Shown one piece after another: positions 49,514-59,855 of a stretch of DNA of 64,000 nt. The notes beneath the pieces are model-generated. The model saw only the letters and a list, made by a program, of their open reading frames with translations, was not told the DNA's origin and made no database searches. The stretch lies in contig OZ253580.1 in NCBI GenBank assembly GCA_965263035.1, positions 6,134,071 to 6,198,070 on the forward strand, given 5' to 3'. Within the stretch, counting starts at the first letter, position 1. Every line of letters begins with the position of its first letter. Both the position numbers and the translations under genes were made by a program. The stretch comes from Acidobacteriota bacterium. Lineage in GTDB: Bacteria > Acidobacteriota > UBA6911 > RPQK01 > JAJDTT01.

Positions 49514-52500
49514 GTGATCTCGGTAATTCGGACAGTCCTTGCCTTCCTTCTGATCATTGGCGTCGGAGATGTCGGCCTCGCTCTCGACCGCGTTCGTGTT
49601 GAAACGAGTGTCGACAAGGCTGTCGCCGCGTTGGGCGTGTCTGGAGCGGGCGTCATCGTCGCAATTCTGGACCGCGGCATCGACTGGGAGAGCAACGATT
49701 TCCGCAACGAGGATGGCAGCACGCGGATCGCCTACATCTTCGACCTCTTCGACGATTCCGCCGCCGCCGCCCCGGGCAACTCCTACGGACGCGGCACCAT
49801 TTACACCAGGGAGCAGATAGATCAGGCGCTCTTCTCCGGCACCAGGCTGCCGACCCGGGATGCCGTCGGCCACGGGACCACAACCACCGGCATTGCCGCC
49901 GGGAACGGGCGCAACAGCGCCGACGGGAAGTACCGAGGCATTGCCCCCAACGCCACGATCATCTCCGTGAAGATCGCCACCGGTGCCCCGGCGCATGGGA
50001 ATGAGCCAGCCGAGCCCCCCTGGTACGTGGGCACCGCGGGTGTAAACGTCGCAATGGATTTTGTGGTGGACAAGGCGCGAGAACTGTCGATGCCGGTGGT
50101 GATGCTCCTCAATGTCGGATCGATCGGCGGACCGACCGACGGCACGAGCGCATTCTGTCGAAGGATCGATGAGACCGTCGGCCCCGATCACCCCGGCATT
50201 GTGTTCGTTAACGGAACCGGGGACGATGGGACTCCGGCGAAGCCGCCAAGGCGAGCGGCAGGAGACGTGCCCAACGGTGGGACTCTTGACCTGCGACTCG
50301 CGCTCGATACGGGCGAGGGCGTCCTTGAGGTGTGGTACGAGCAGAGCCAGGAGTTTGCCGTGTCGATTCATACCCCGATGGGCATGCTCGGTCCGTTCCC
50401 AGCCTCGCAGTTCACGGCAAAGGGCACTGGTGTCAATGTGTACCACTATCGTGGAGGAACGGACCACTGGGGTTCGACGAACGGCAACCGGCTGCAGCTT
50501 ATCCATTTCGATGGGGCCGCTGGACCAGGCGATTACCTTCTGAGATTGGATCACACAGCCAGCTCCGCCGGTTCCAGCATCCACTTCGACGCCTCGCTCA
50601 ACGCGGCCAATTTTTCAGGCCGATTCCTGAATTTCGTGACGCCGGGCAGCATATCGGACGGGGCGACGGCGTTTCGCAATGTAGCGCCCAACAGCTACGT
50701 CATTCGCACCAAGTGGAAAGACATTGATGGTGTCGACCGTGGGCTGATCGGTGAAGGCAACGTTGGCGAGTTCTGGACCGGCAGCAGCGTTGGACCTACG
50801 GTCGACGGGCGGGTCGGCGTAGACGTCTCGGCCCCGGGAGATCGTATTGTGACGACATACGCACCTCGGTCGGCCTGGGGCGTCAGCAGGTGGCTCCTGA
50901 TCGAGGGCGGGGGCGGGTTGTACGGAATGGCGGGGGCGGTGAGTGCCGCGGCGCCGATCGTGACCGGCATCATTGCCCTGATGCTTGAGGTCGACCCAAC
51001 GCTCGACGCTCTCTCGGTCAAGAAGATCTTGCAAGAGACAGCCCGAGCCGACGAGTTCACGGGGCCGACCCCGAACCCATTGTGGGGGTATGGCAAGGTG
51101 GACGCGTTCGAGGCGCTCATGGCGGTGCGGCTGCAGGCCCAGGACGATACAGCTCCCGCCGGAACCGAATCGTTTTCATTTCTGTACTTCCCGGATTACG
51201 TGGATGGGGGCGGATGGTCGGTGCAGCTGGTGCTCAGCAACGTCGACCCGGAGGCCGCGGCCGAGGTTCAGGTGGACGTCTACGACCCGGACGGACAGCC
51301 GGTCCTGGATCTGTTCGATTCCGATTTGACCTTGGAGATTCCGTCCCTGGGGAGCCGAGTCTTGAAAAGTGCCGGCTCAGGGACCATTCGGAGGGGTTGG
51401 ATCCAGGTCGAGACCGGTACGGCCGCGGTGAGTGGATTGTTGACCTACCGAGACGCCCAATCGGGGATCGAAGTCGGCGTCAAACCCGTTGAGTTGGGAC
51501 AACAGTTCGCTCTGTTCGTGGAGGAATCGCCGAGTGTCGGCGCCGGAGTCGCCGTGTACATGACGGACGCCGCGGCCCGCGTCGAGCTTCGAATCCGCAA
51601 CGAGGAAGGCCACGACCCCTTGGAGGGAGGGGTCGTCCGCTGGGGGGATTCCCGCCAAGCGGCTCGGACGCTTCCGGAATGGTTCGCCGGGGAAGGAGTC
51701 GATACGGAATTCCTGAGGGATTTTCGCGGCCTGTTGTTCCTGGAGACCGAGGACGATTCCCCGTTCGCCCCGCTGGGGTTGCGGTTCGGGAAGGGAACCT
51801 CTTCCCTCTCGGCGGTGCCGGCGATCCGGACCCAGAGTCAGGAACCTCAAGAGGCGGCCCTGGTCTTTCCCGACTATGTGGATGGAGGGGGATGGTCGGT
51901 GCAGCTGGTGCTCAGCAACGTCGACCCGGAGGCCGCGGCCGAGGTTCAGGTGGACGTCTACGACCCGGACGGGCAACTGGTCCGGGATCTGTTCGATTCC
52001 GATTTGAGGTTGGAGATTCCGGCGCTGGGGAGCCGAGTCTTGAGAAGCGCCGGCTCCGGATCCATTCGGCGGGGTTGGATCCAGGTCCAGACCGGTGCGG
52101 CCACAGTCGGTGGACTGTTGACCTACCGAGACGTCCAATCGGGGATCGAGGTCGGCGTCGAGCCCGTTCAGTTGGGGCATGAATTCGCTCTTTTCGTCGA
52201 GGAATCGGGGACGATCGGAGCAGGTCTGGCCCTCTTCAAGCCGGACGTGTCGTCCAGGATCGAGCTGAGACTCCGCGACGAGGAAGGCAACGACCCGTTG
52301 GAGGGGGTGTTTCTGCCCTGGCGAGACTTCCACCAAGCGGCGCGCACACTTCCAGAATGGTTCGATGTCTCCGGAGTGGATACGGGATTTCTGGCGGACT
52401 TTCGAGGCCTCCTGTTCCTGCGAACCGAGGACGATTCCCGGTTCGCCCCGCTCGGGCTCCGGTTTGGGAAGGGAACCTCTTCGCTCTCGGCGGTGCCGGC

Positions 52501-55500
52501 GATCCGCATCACTGAAGGAGGCGGGATCGACGGCGGACACCCACCCCCTCCGACGGTGACGTTGTCGGCTTCTCCGAAGTCGATCGATCGGGGCCAGAGC
52601 ACGACATTGAGTTGGTCGTCGACAAGCGCGGAGAGCGCGGAGATCGAACCGGACATCGGGGAGGTTCCCACGTCGGGCACACGGCGGGTGTCGCCGAACG
52701 CGACCACGACCTACCGCATAACGGTGACGGGAGCGGACGGACAGACGGCCACGGCATCGGTGACGGTGACGGTGGCCGTTTCGGAGCGGGCGGCGCTGAG
52801 GGCGCTGTTCGATGCGCTGGGCGGATCGGGTTGGAGCCACAGTAACAACTGGCTGACGGACACTCCCCTGGGCGACTGGTACGGGGTCGAAGTCGATAGC
52901 CAGGGGCGGGTGATCGAACTGCGGATGGCGGTCTGGGTCGATACTGAAGACGGTGGAAGCGAAAAACTCGGGAACGGATTGAACGGGGTGATCCCGCCGG
53001 AACTGGGTTCGCTCGCCCACCTGAGGGTCCTGGACCTCAGTGAGAACCAACTGGAGGGGCCGATCCCGGCGCAACTCGGGAGCCTCTCCAGCCTGCAGGT
53101 GCTGGACCTCGGGGGGAACCAGTTGACGGGCCCGATCCCGCCCGAACTGGGCAGCCTTTCCAACCTGACGTGGCTGGCCCTCCGTGGGAACCAGTTGACG
53201 GGCCCCATCCCGCCCGAACTGGGCAGCCTTTCCAACCTGCAGCGGCTGTCCCTCTGGGGGAACCAGCTGACGGGCCCCATCCCGCCCGAACTGGGCAGGC
53301 TCGCCGACCTAGAGTCGCTGGATGTCTTCGGTAACGACCTTACGGGTCCGATTCCGCCTGAGCTGGGTCAACTTGCCAGCCTGACCCGGTTGCAGCTCGG
53401 CTCGAACAGCTTGACGGGTACGATCCCGCGGAGCCTTCTGGATCTCACCAGGCTCACCCGTTTCTACTTTGAGCGAAACGAGGATCTCTGCGCGCCCGGC
53501 GTTGCCGCTTTTGCCGACTGGCTGGGAGCGATGGAGGATACCTCCGGACCGTACTGCAACGAGTCAGACGTGGAGGCGCTGGAGCTGCTCTTCGAGACCG
53601 CAGGCGGCACCGGCTGGACCAGGGCAGATGGCTGGCGTGCTACCCATGTGCTGGGGGAATGGCACGGCGTGACGGCCGACGCCCTCGGTCGGGTGGAAGC
53701 ACTTGACCTCAGGGGCAACGGGCTTGCCGGAGAGATGCCGAACTGGCCCCGGGGAGCACTGGCCAACATGACCGACCTGAGGATAGGCGCCAACGCCGGC
53801 CTTGCCGGCCGACTGCCGCTGTCACTCGCCGATTTGTCCCTTCGTGTGCTCGACTATGCGGGTACGGAACTGTGTGCTCCTGCCGACGCGGCCTTCACCA
53901 GATGGCTCAATACCGTTTCGTCGCACCAGGGGACCGGGGTCGAGTGCGCTCCGCTGTCGGACCGCGAGATCCTCGAAAGCTTCTATGAAGCGACCGGCGG
54001 GCCGAACTGGTACCACAACGACAACTGGCTTACGGATGCGCCGCTCGGAGATTGGTACGGCGTCGAAGTCGACGGGCAGGATAGGGTCACCGAACTGGAA
54101 ATCCAATTGAATCGCTTGACGGGCCAGCTCCCGCCCGAACTCGGCGGCCTGGCCAATCTGCGGTCGCTCTTCATCTGGCTGGACGGAACAACCGGTCCCA
54201 TCCCGCCCGAGCTCGGCAACCTCGCCAACCTGCGGTCCCTGCGCCTCATGAGCTTCGCCGACACCCCCCACCTGACCGGCCCCATCCCGCCGGAACTCGC
54301 CAACCTCGCCAACCTGCAAGTCCTGGAACTCTGGAACAACGACCTGACGGGTCCCATCCCGCCGGAACTCGGCGACCTGGCCCGCCTGAGGCACCTGGGC
54401 CTCGACCAGAACCGCCTGACCGGCCCGATCCCGACCGAGCTCGGCCGTCTCGCCAACCTGAATTCCCTGCATCTCTCGAAAAACGACCTGACCGGTCCGA
54501 TCCCGACCGGGCTGGGCGGCCTGGCCAACATGCGGTCGCTGAATCTCGCTTCGAATCGCCTTTCGGGCCCAATCCCGACCGGGCTGGGTGGCCTGGCCAA
54601 TGTGGAGTCTGTGTACCTTGGCGACAACGAGTTGACGGGTCCGGTGCCGGCGGTGTTGGGCGGCCTGATTCACCTGCGCCACCTCGCCCTGCAGGCGAAC
54701 CCCGGCATGTCCGGAGCCCTTCCGGCCAGCCTGACGAACCTCGCGTCCCTTGAGACGTTGCAGACCGGCGGCACGGACCTCTGCGCGCCCTCCGACGCCG
54801 GGTTCCTCGACTGGTTGGAGCGCGTCGCGAACCGACAGGTGGCTCTCTGCGGCCATGAACCCGCGATGGCCTATCTCGTCCAGGCGGTCCAGTCGCGGGA
54901 GTTCCCGGTTCCGCTCGTTGCCGGCAGGGAGGCGCTGCTGCGCGTCTTCGTCACCGCCGGCCGTGACAACGACGAGCGGCTTCCCCCGGTGCGGGCCTCG
55001 TTTTACCTGAACGGCGCCCTCGCGCACGTCGCCGAGATCGCCGGCGGCCCGGGCCCGATCCCCACCCAGGTCGACGAGGGATCTCTGGCGACATCGGCCA
55101 ACGCCGCGGTTCCGGCGGAGTTGGTTCAGCCAGGCTTGGAGATGGTGGTCGAGATCGACCCGGACGGAACGCTCGAGTCCGGGCTTGGCGTGGCGAGGCG
55201 GATCCCGAATACGGGCCGAGCGGCGGTCGACGTGCGGGCCGTTCCGCTTCTCGATCTCACGCTGGTGCCGTTCCTGTGGGCGGCGGATCCGGACTCGACA
55301 ATTCTGGAGCCGGTCGTCGAGATGGCCGCCGACCCCGAGGGCCACGAGCTGCTCGAGTTCATGCGCACGGTGCTCCCGGTGGGCGACCTGGACGTAAAGG
55401 CTCACGAGCCCGTGCTCAGCTCGACCAACGACGGATTCGAACTGGTCGAACAGGTCCGGGCGATCCGGGTGATGGAGGGCGGGACCGGGTACTGGATGGG

Positions 55501-56368
55501 CACGATGGCGGGGCGCTGGGGTACTGCCATCGTCGGTACTGGGGGCATCGGCCGGGGCGTGGTGAGTTTCGTCCTTCTGGACAAAGCGCAGGATGTCGGA
55601 CCCAACCGTCACTTCGCCCGCGTCACCGCGCACGAGTTCGGCCACAACTTCAGCCTCGGGCACGCGCCGTCGTGTGGGGCGGGTCTCCCGGACTCGGCGT
55701 ATCCGCAGCCGGACGGGTCGACAGGGGTATGGGGATACGACTTCCGCGATGGCAGTCTGGTACCGCCAAGCTGGACCGACGTGATGGGCTACTGTGAGGG
55801 TGACCCCGAATGGATCAGCGACTACCACTTTTCCAAAGCGCTTCACTTCCGCCTCTTCGACGATCACCGGGCGAGCGTGACCGCTCAAGAAGCAGAGTCC
55901 CTCCTCCTGTGGGGCGGTGCAGACGCCGACGGCGAACTCTACCTGAATCCGGCCTTCGTGATCGATGCCGCGCCCGTGCTGCCCGATGCCGCTGGTGAAC
56001 ACCGGATCGCCGGACGCACGGCCGACGGTGCCGAGCTCTTCTCCCTCAGCTTCGCCATGCCCGAGACCGCCGATGGCGATGGCAGTTCGTCTTTCGTGTT
56101 TGCCCTGCCCCTGCACCCCGAGTGGTCCGGCCAGTTGGCGCGCATCACCCTGTCCGGCCCCGCCGGATCGGACACGCTGGATGAGGAAACCGACCGTCCG
56201 GTGACCATCCTGCGCAATTCCCGGACCGGCCAGATTCGCGGTATCCTGCGCGGCTCGGCCGCCACCCCCCCCAACCTGGACATCACAGTGTCCGCATTGT
56301 CGTTGGACCCGGGATTGGAGAGGTTGACCAGCCGCGGCATACCGGATCCGGACGACTGGGCGCAATAG
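49514..56368 (+). CDS. S8 subtilase fused to a family II protein (2x constant domain, LRRs, M66-like peptidase)
   Basis: ORF open from 49175. VAILDRGID, GHGTTTTGIAAG, GAVSAAAPIVTG (atypical catalytic Ser motif), WGYGKVD; HEFGHNFSLGH. Confidence 0.88.
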   Translation: MISVIRTVLAFLLIIGVGDVGLALDRVRVETSVDKAVAALGVSGAGVIVAILDRGIDWESNDFRNEDGSTRIAYIFDLFDDSAAAAPGNSYGRGTIYTREQIDQALFSGTRLPTRDAVGHGTTTTGIAAGNGRNSADGKYRGIAPNATIISVKIATGAPAHGNEPAEPPWYVGTAGVNVAMDFVVDKARELSMPVVMLLNVGSIGGPTDGTSAFCRRIDETVGPDHPGIVFVNGTGDDGTPAKPPRRAAGDVPNGGTLDLRLALDTGEGVLEVWYEQSQEFAVSIHTPMGMLGPFPASQFTAKGTGVNVYHYRGGTDHWGSTNGNRLQLIHFDGAAGPGDYLLRLDHTASSAGSSIHFDASLNAANFSGRFLNFVTPGSISDGATAFRNVAPNSYVIRTKWKDIDGVDRGLIGEGNVGEFWTGSSVGPTVDGRVGVDVSAPGDRIVTTYAPRSAWGVSRWLLIEGGGGLYGMAGAVSAAAPIVTGIIALMLEVDPTLDALSVKKILQETARADEFTGPTPNPLWGYGKVDAFEALMAVRLQAQDDTAPAGTESFSFLYFPDYVDGGGWSVQLVLSNVDPEAAAEVQVDVYDPDGQPVLDLFDSDLTLEIPSLGSRVLKSAGSGTIRRGWIQVETGTAAVSGLLTYRDAQSGIEVGVKPVELGQQFALFVEESPSVGAGVAVYMTDAAARVELRIRNEEGHDPLEGGVVRWGDSRQAARTLPEWFAGEGVDTEFLRDFRGLLFLETEDDSPFAPLGLRFGKGTSSLSAVPAIRTQSQEPQEAALVFPDYVDGGGWSVQLVLSNVDPEAAAEVQVDVYDPDGQLVRDLFDSDLRLEIPALGSRVLRSAGSGSIRRGWIQVQTGAATVGGLLTYRDVQSGIEVGVEPVQLGHEFALFVEESGTIGAGLALFKPDVSSRIELRLRDEEGNDPLEGVFLPWRDFHQAARTLPEWFDVSGVDTGFLADFRGLLFLRTEDDSRFAPLGLRFGKGTSSLSAVPAIRITEGGGIDGGHPPPPTVTLSASPKSIDRGQSTTLSWSSTSAESAEIEPDIGEVPTSGTRRVSPNATTTYRITVTGADGQTATASVTVTVAVSERAALRALFDALGGSGWSHSNNWLTDTPLGDWYGVEVDSQGRVIELRMAVWVDTEDGGSEKLGNGLNGVIPPELGSLAHLRVLDLSENQLEGPIPAQLGSLSSLQVLDLGGNQLTGPIPPELGSLSNLTWLALRGNQLTGPIPPELGSLSNLQRLSLWGNQLTGPIPPELGRLADLESLDVFGNDLTGPIPPELGQLASLTRLQLGSNSLTGTIPRSLLDLTRLTRFYFERNEDLCAPGVAAFADWLGAMEDTSGPYCNESDVEALELLFETAGGTGWTRADGWRATHVLGEWHGVTADALGRVEALDLRGNGLAGEMPNWPRGALANMTDLRIGANAGLAGRLPLSLADLSLRVLDYAGTELCAPADAAFTRWLNTVSSHQGTGVECAPLSDREILESFYEATGGPNWYHNDNWLTDAPLGDWYGVEVDGQDRVTELEIQLNRLTGQLPPELGGLANLRSLFIWLDGTTGPIPPELGNLANLRSLRLMSFADTPHLTGPIPPELANLANLQVLELWNNDLTGPIPPELGDLARLRHLGLDQNRLTGPIPTELGRLANLNSLHLSKNDLTGPIPTGLGGLANMRSLNLASNRLSGPIPTGLGGLANVESVYLGDNELTGPVPAVLGGLIHLRHLALQANPGMSGALPASLTNLASLETLQTGGTDLCAPSDAGFLDWLERVANRQVALCGHEPAMAYLVQAVQSREFPVPLVAGREALLRVFVTAGRDNDERLPPVRASFYLNGALAHVAEIAGGPGPIPTQVDEGSLATSANAAVPAELVQPGLEMVVEIDPDGTLESGLGVARRIPNTGRAAVDVRAVPLLDLTLVPFLWAADPDSTILEPVVEMAADPEGHELLEFMRTVLPVGDLDVKAHEPVLSSTNDGFELVEQVRAIRVMEGGTGYWMGTMAGRWGTAIVGTGGIGRGVVSFVLLDKAQDVGPNRHFARVTAHEFGHNFSLGHAPSCGAGLPDSAYPQPDGSTGVWGYDFRDGSLVPPSWTDVMGYCEGDPEWISDYHFSKALHFRLFDDHRASVTAQEAESLLLWGGADADGELYLNPAFVIDAAPVLPDAAGEHRIAGRTADGAELFSLSFAMPETADGDGSSSFVFALPLHPEWSGQLARITLSGPAGSDTLDEETDRPVTILRNSRTGQIRGILRGSAATPPNLDITVSALSLDPGLERLTSRGIPDPDDWAQ

Positions 56369-56412
56369 AAGAAGTGGATCGTCCACCCAGAGAACGAACT
56401 CCGTAGACGGAT

Positions 56413-56436
56413 GTCCGTTAACTGAAATTAAAGGAC
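56413..56436. repeat. Site A copy 7
   Basis: GTCCGTTAA-CTGAAA-TTAAAGGAC. Confidence 0.85.
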
Positions 56437-56568
56437 GTCCTCAGGAAAAAGTGAGGGAGTTGCCGGGGTTTCTCTGTTTCTCTCGGGAGGCGTGGATCAG
56501 CCCTCGGTAGCGGTGGGGATTGTGGCCGATCGGGCGTTGACGGTAGGGTCCACAAATGAAGCGAGATT

Positions 56569-57076
56569 ATGATGCCTAAAAAGAATCTTCGTGGTGACCG
56601 CTGGGATACGGATTCGATGAATTGGAACGCCAAGTCGTTGCAACGGGTGGTGAAGGAATTGGAACGGTACGGATCCGAGTCTTCGACGGCGGACCCCTTG
56701 CTTTTCCAGGGATCGGGATTGGCCGGACCGATCCTCTTGTCGCTGGCGACAGAGATCGCACTGAAGGCTTGGCAGTGTCGAGAGCGGAAGAACGCGCCTG
56801 ATCGCACTCATGACTTGCTGGATTTGTTCATGGGGTTGGAACCGGATACCCAAGAACTGCTCCAAGCAAGGATGCCAGGGTGGCCCGAGATTCTGGAGGG
56901 GACGCCATTTCGTATACGGGTCGTTGCCCGAGCTGTTGTGGTCTCATCGGGATTCCCATACCGACTGGAGGTACCTCCACGAAAAGCGTTGGGGCGTGTT
57001 TCGAACCAGTGAACTCAGTCAAGCCTTAACCGTGATACTCAACGCCTACGGTAAGCGGTGGGGCGATTCCGCCTAA
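56569..57076 (+). pseudogene. HEPN-like domain protein, frameshifted near 56910
   Basis: LATEIALKAW...THDLLDLF, then HRDSHTDWRYLHE in the second frame. Confidence 0.6.
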
Positions 57077-57116
57077 AGCGCGGACACTTATTGGTGAGTC
57101 GCCTGCCGAGAGACTA

Positions 57117-58335
57117 GTACCCCGTAACACTTAAAGTTGTGGATACAGGCTCTTCAGCTTGATCCGTGCATCCTCCGTCTTGAACTGCCAGTCGATCTCG
57201 GTTTGCCGTTGGTTCCGATCCGCAACCCAAGCCCCGATCTCACGTTGCATCCCGGCCAGGCTTGGAATCCGGCGGTCCAGGCATTGTCCGCACAGCGCGC
57301 TCAATTCGATTTCTGCAATGTTGAGCCAACTGCCGTGCTTAGGCGTGTAGTGGATTTCCAGTCGTTGTGCCAGTTGGCGAGCGTGTCGAGGCTCGTAGGT
57401 CGCGTACAGCGATTCGATTCCGTGCGGGTTCAGGTTGTCCAAGACCAGGACCACCCGCTCGGCCTCCGGGTATCGCCTCTCCAACATGCCCTCGATCCAC
57501 CGGGCCCAATCCTGTCGCGTGCGCCGCTCGGTCGCCTCCACATGGCAGCGGCCGGTCAGTGGCTCCACCTCCAGGAAGATCTGCGCGACCCCGTTGCGCA
57601 CATACTCATGCTCGACTCGCTCCGGCTGGCCGGGCGCGACCGGCAAAGGCTCCCGCACTTCTCCGATCAACTGCTTGTTGGTCTCGTCCATGCAGACCAC
57701 CGGACGACGGGGGTCGTACGGACGGGCATAGACTTCTAAAACGTCCTCCATGCAGGCTACGAATGCGGCGCTGCCCCGGGGCGGGATCCGCCAATACTTC
57801 TTCCGATGAGGCTGCAGTTGGTTTTTTTTAGCGTCCGCTGCACCGTCATCACCGACACCCGCTCGACCCAGCCCAGTTCCACTACTTTCTCCGCCAGCAG
57901 GCGCAGGGTCCAGCGCTTCCGTCCTGGCGGGGCCGGGGAGCAGGCCAAGGCGACCAAGCGAGCCTCGAACGCGCCGTCGAAGATCACTTTCCGCGGCGGC
58001 TGCACCCGCCGCTTGCGCTCCAAGGCGAACTCCAAACCCTGCTCCACAAACCGCCGTTTCAAGTGCTCGATCGTGCGGGCCGAGACGCCCAGCGCCTCGG
58101 CCACCCGGGCCACGGTCCATCCCGGCCCTTCCGGCCCGCGGTCGCACAACAACAGAGCCCGCGCGTACAGGAACCGCTTGCCGGTGGTCTTGGTCGCGGC
58201 CCGGGTCAAGGCCTTCAATTCTGAGCGCTCTTCCACAGTGAGCGTGACACGATAGCGTGGTGCCATGAGAACTCCTCCTTCCGAGTCCTCCAGCCTCCCA
58301 CCATAGTATACGAACAATTACATGTTATTGGGTAC
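57117..58335 (-). mobile_element. IS630-family insertion sequence
   Basis: TIRs GTACCCCGTAACA / GTACCCAATAACA; TA duplication within CTAG (57115-57116, 58336-58337). Confidence 0.92.
57131..58266 (-). CDS. IS630 transposase, two ORFs joined by a -1 frameshift at A8 (57822-57829)
   Basis: HTH ORF (GRKRWTLRLLA) plus DDE ORF (VVCMDE, VLDNLNPH, YTPKHGSWLNIAEIE). Confidence 0.92.
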
Positions 58336-58754
58336 TAGCCTGCACTGCCCCGTCGCTGAAGAGGACTCTGCGTCGCCTCCCTTGTGGTGGAGCCTTTTCC
58401 TCCACTGGATCGCGGAAACGTACTTTGCCGACAATAATTTGCCCCCCACCGAGCCGGCTCGCAGGAGGCCCGTAGCGCTTCCGGACCTGGCGCTGGAGCG
58501 CCAGGCGTCGGGCCGTTTCGCCGGTCCCGGGCCGATTTCGGCCGATCCCGAAAAAAGAGGCACCCTCAGAGGGCGTGTGGGGTGCGTCCGGACTAAGGGT
58601 GAGGCATAGGCCTCTGGCGCTTGCGGGCCGGGAACGCGCCGCACTCCGGGACCGCCTGGGACAGCTCGAAGGGCGCATGGCCCGCCTCAACGAGACATCG
58701 GACAAAACAATGGGCGATTCGCGGTCGGGTGCCCAGTCTTGTTCGCCCGACGCG

Positions 58755-59497
58755 CTACCTTCGGACTCCGCTCCGCCCGCTAACGTGATTGAGCCGGTGC
58801 TCGAAGTACCGGCGGAACACTTCGTTCTCGGGATACGCTGCCGGATCGGCCCAGATTGCCCCAAGGCGTCCCACCAATCCGGCAATCCAATCCGCTGCCT
58901 GGAGGGTCTGATACCGGTGGCTTTCCAGATGGAACGGCGGCTCGATAAGACGCCGGCGGCGTTCCGTCCTCGCATACATGCTCCGTGCCGCCTCGGTGAT
59001 CAGGGCAGATCGTTGATCGTGTTCATCGAGAATCAGGAAAAAATCCCGGGCGGATTACAATCCTCTTCGCAAAATCCATCAATCCGCTTGATTGCCTCAA
59101 GAAATACCCGTGTGTAGAGCCTGTTCGAATTGTGCGCCCTTGGCGGCGCAGTCTTTTTGAGACCGACATAGAAGACGAATCCGCCGAGCGCTTCGATCTT
59201 GTTGAACAGCCGGTTGGTGAAATTCCTGAGTTCTGCGGACCGCGTCACGTTCTTGACAGTGTAGAGGCTCGCCCTCTTCTCTTCCCATAGGGCCGGATGT
59301 TTCCCCGACCGGTTGATCTCAAATTCGAGAAGCTCGCACTTGCGCCGGAAGAACCAGGTTCCGAACCCACGCACCACTTCGGAAGCGAGGACGAAGCCCG
59401 CCAGGCCAAACACTGGACTGTCCTTGTACCTTCGGTCTCGCCTGCTGACGTAGGGGCCGATATGCCCGAATTCATCAAGGTATGCGAAATACGTCAC
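58755..59497 (-). pseudogene. DUF3800-domain protein, frameshifted near 59040
   Basis: YFAYLDEFGH at the N-terminus; LESHRYQTLQAADWIAG in the downstream frame. Confidence 0.75.
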
Positions 59498-59643
59498 CGA
59501 CGGGGTCTCCGGAAACACGAAAGCCCGTGCCGGAGCACGGGCCTCGGAAAGAGAGCAAGACAAGCTTGCATCTCATAGATAACTATACCTCTTAAAAAGA
59601 TGACCTGTCGAGAATGGCTGGAGACGGCGATACTCTGGAGAAC

Positions 59644-59667
59644 GTCCGTTAACTGAAATTAACGCAC
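59644..59667. repeat. Site A copy 8
   Basis: GTCCGTTAA-CTGAAA-TTAACGCAC. Confidence 0.85.
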
Positions 59668-59783
59668 CTTCTGCGGGAAAAGGGAGGATTTCACCGTTTC
59701 TCTCGGGGGCTGTGGATCGGACCTGAGCCGACTGAAACATGATCCGAGAGAAGCGGCCCAGATGGCTCCAGGAGGGATCTGGA

Positions 59784-59806
59784 TCCAACAAGATCAACTT
59801 ATTGGA
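59784..59806. repeat. Site B copy 7
   Basis: TCCAACAA-GATCAAC-TTATTGGA, at the expected position in the A-B element. Confidence 0.72.
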
Positions 59807-59855
59807 CTCTATATATGTTCTGCGGAGGAGGCCAGGGTCAGCTATTCTCGGTAGA

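Noticed and set aside
51377-56386. Long antisense ORFs (e.g. 51377..53074, 53822..56386, also 4947..6485 and 763..1866)
   Set aside because: Shadow frames of GC-rich real genes, with no recognisable motifs.
15124-59806. Repeated palindromes as a CRISPR array
   Set aside because: Copies are hundreds of bases to kilobases apart and separated by genes; there are no constant-length spacers and no cas genes.
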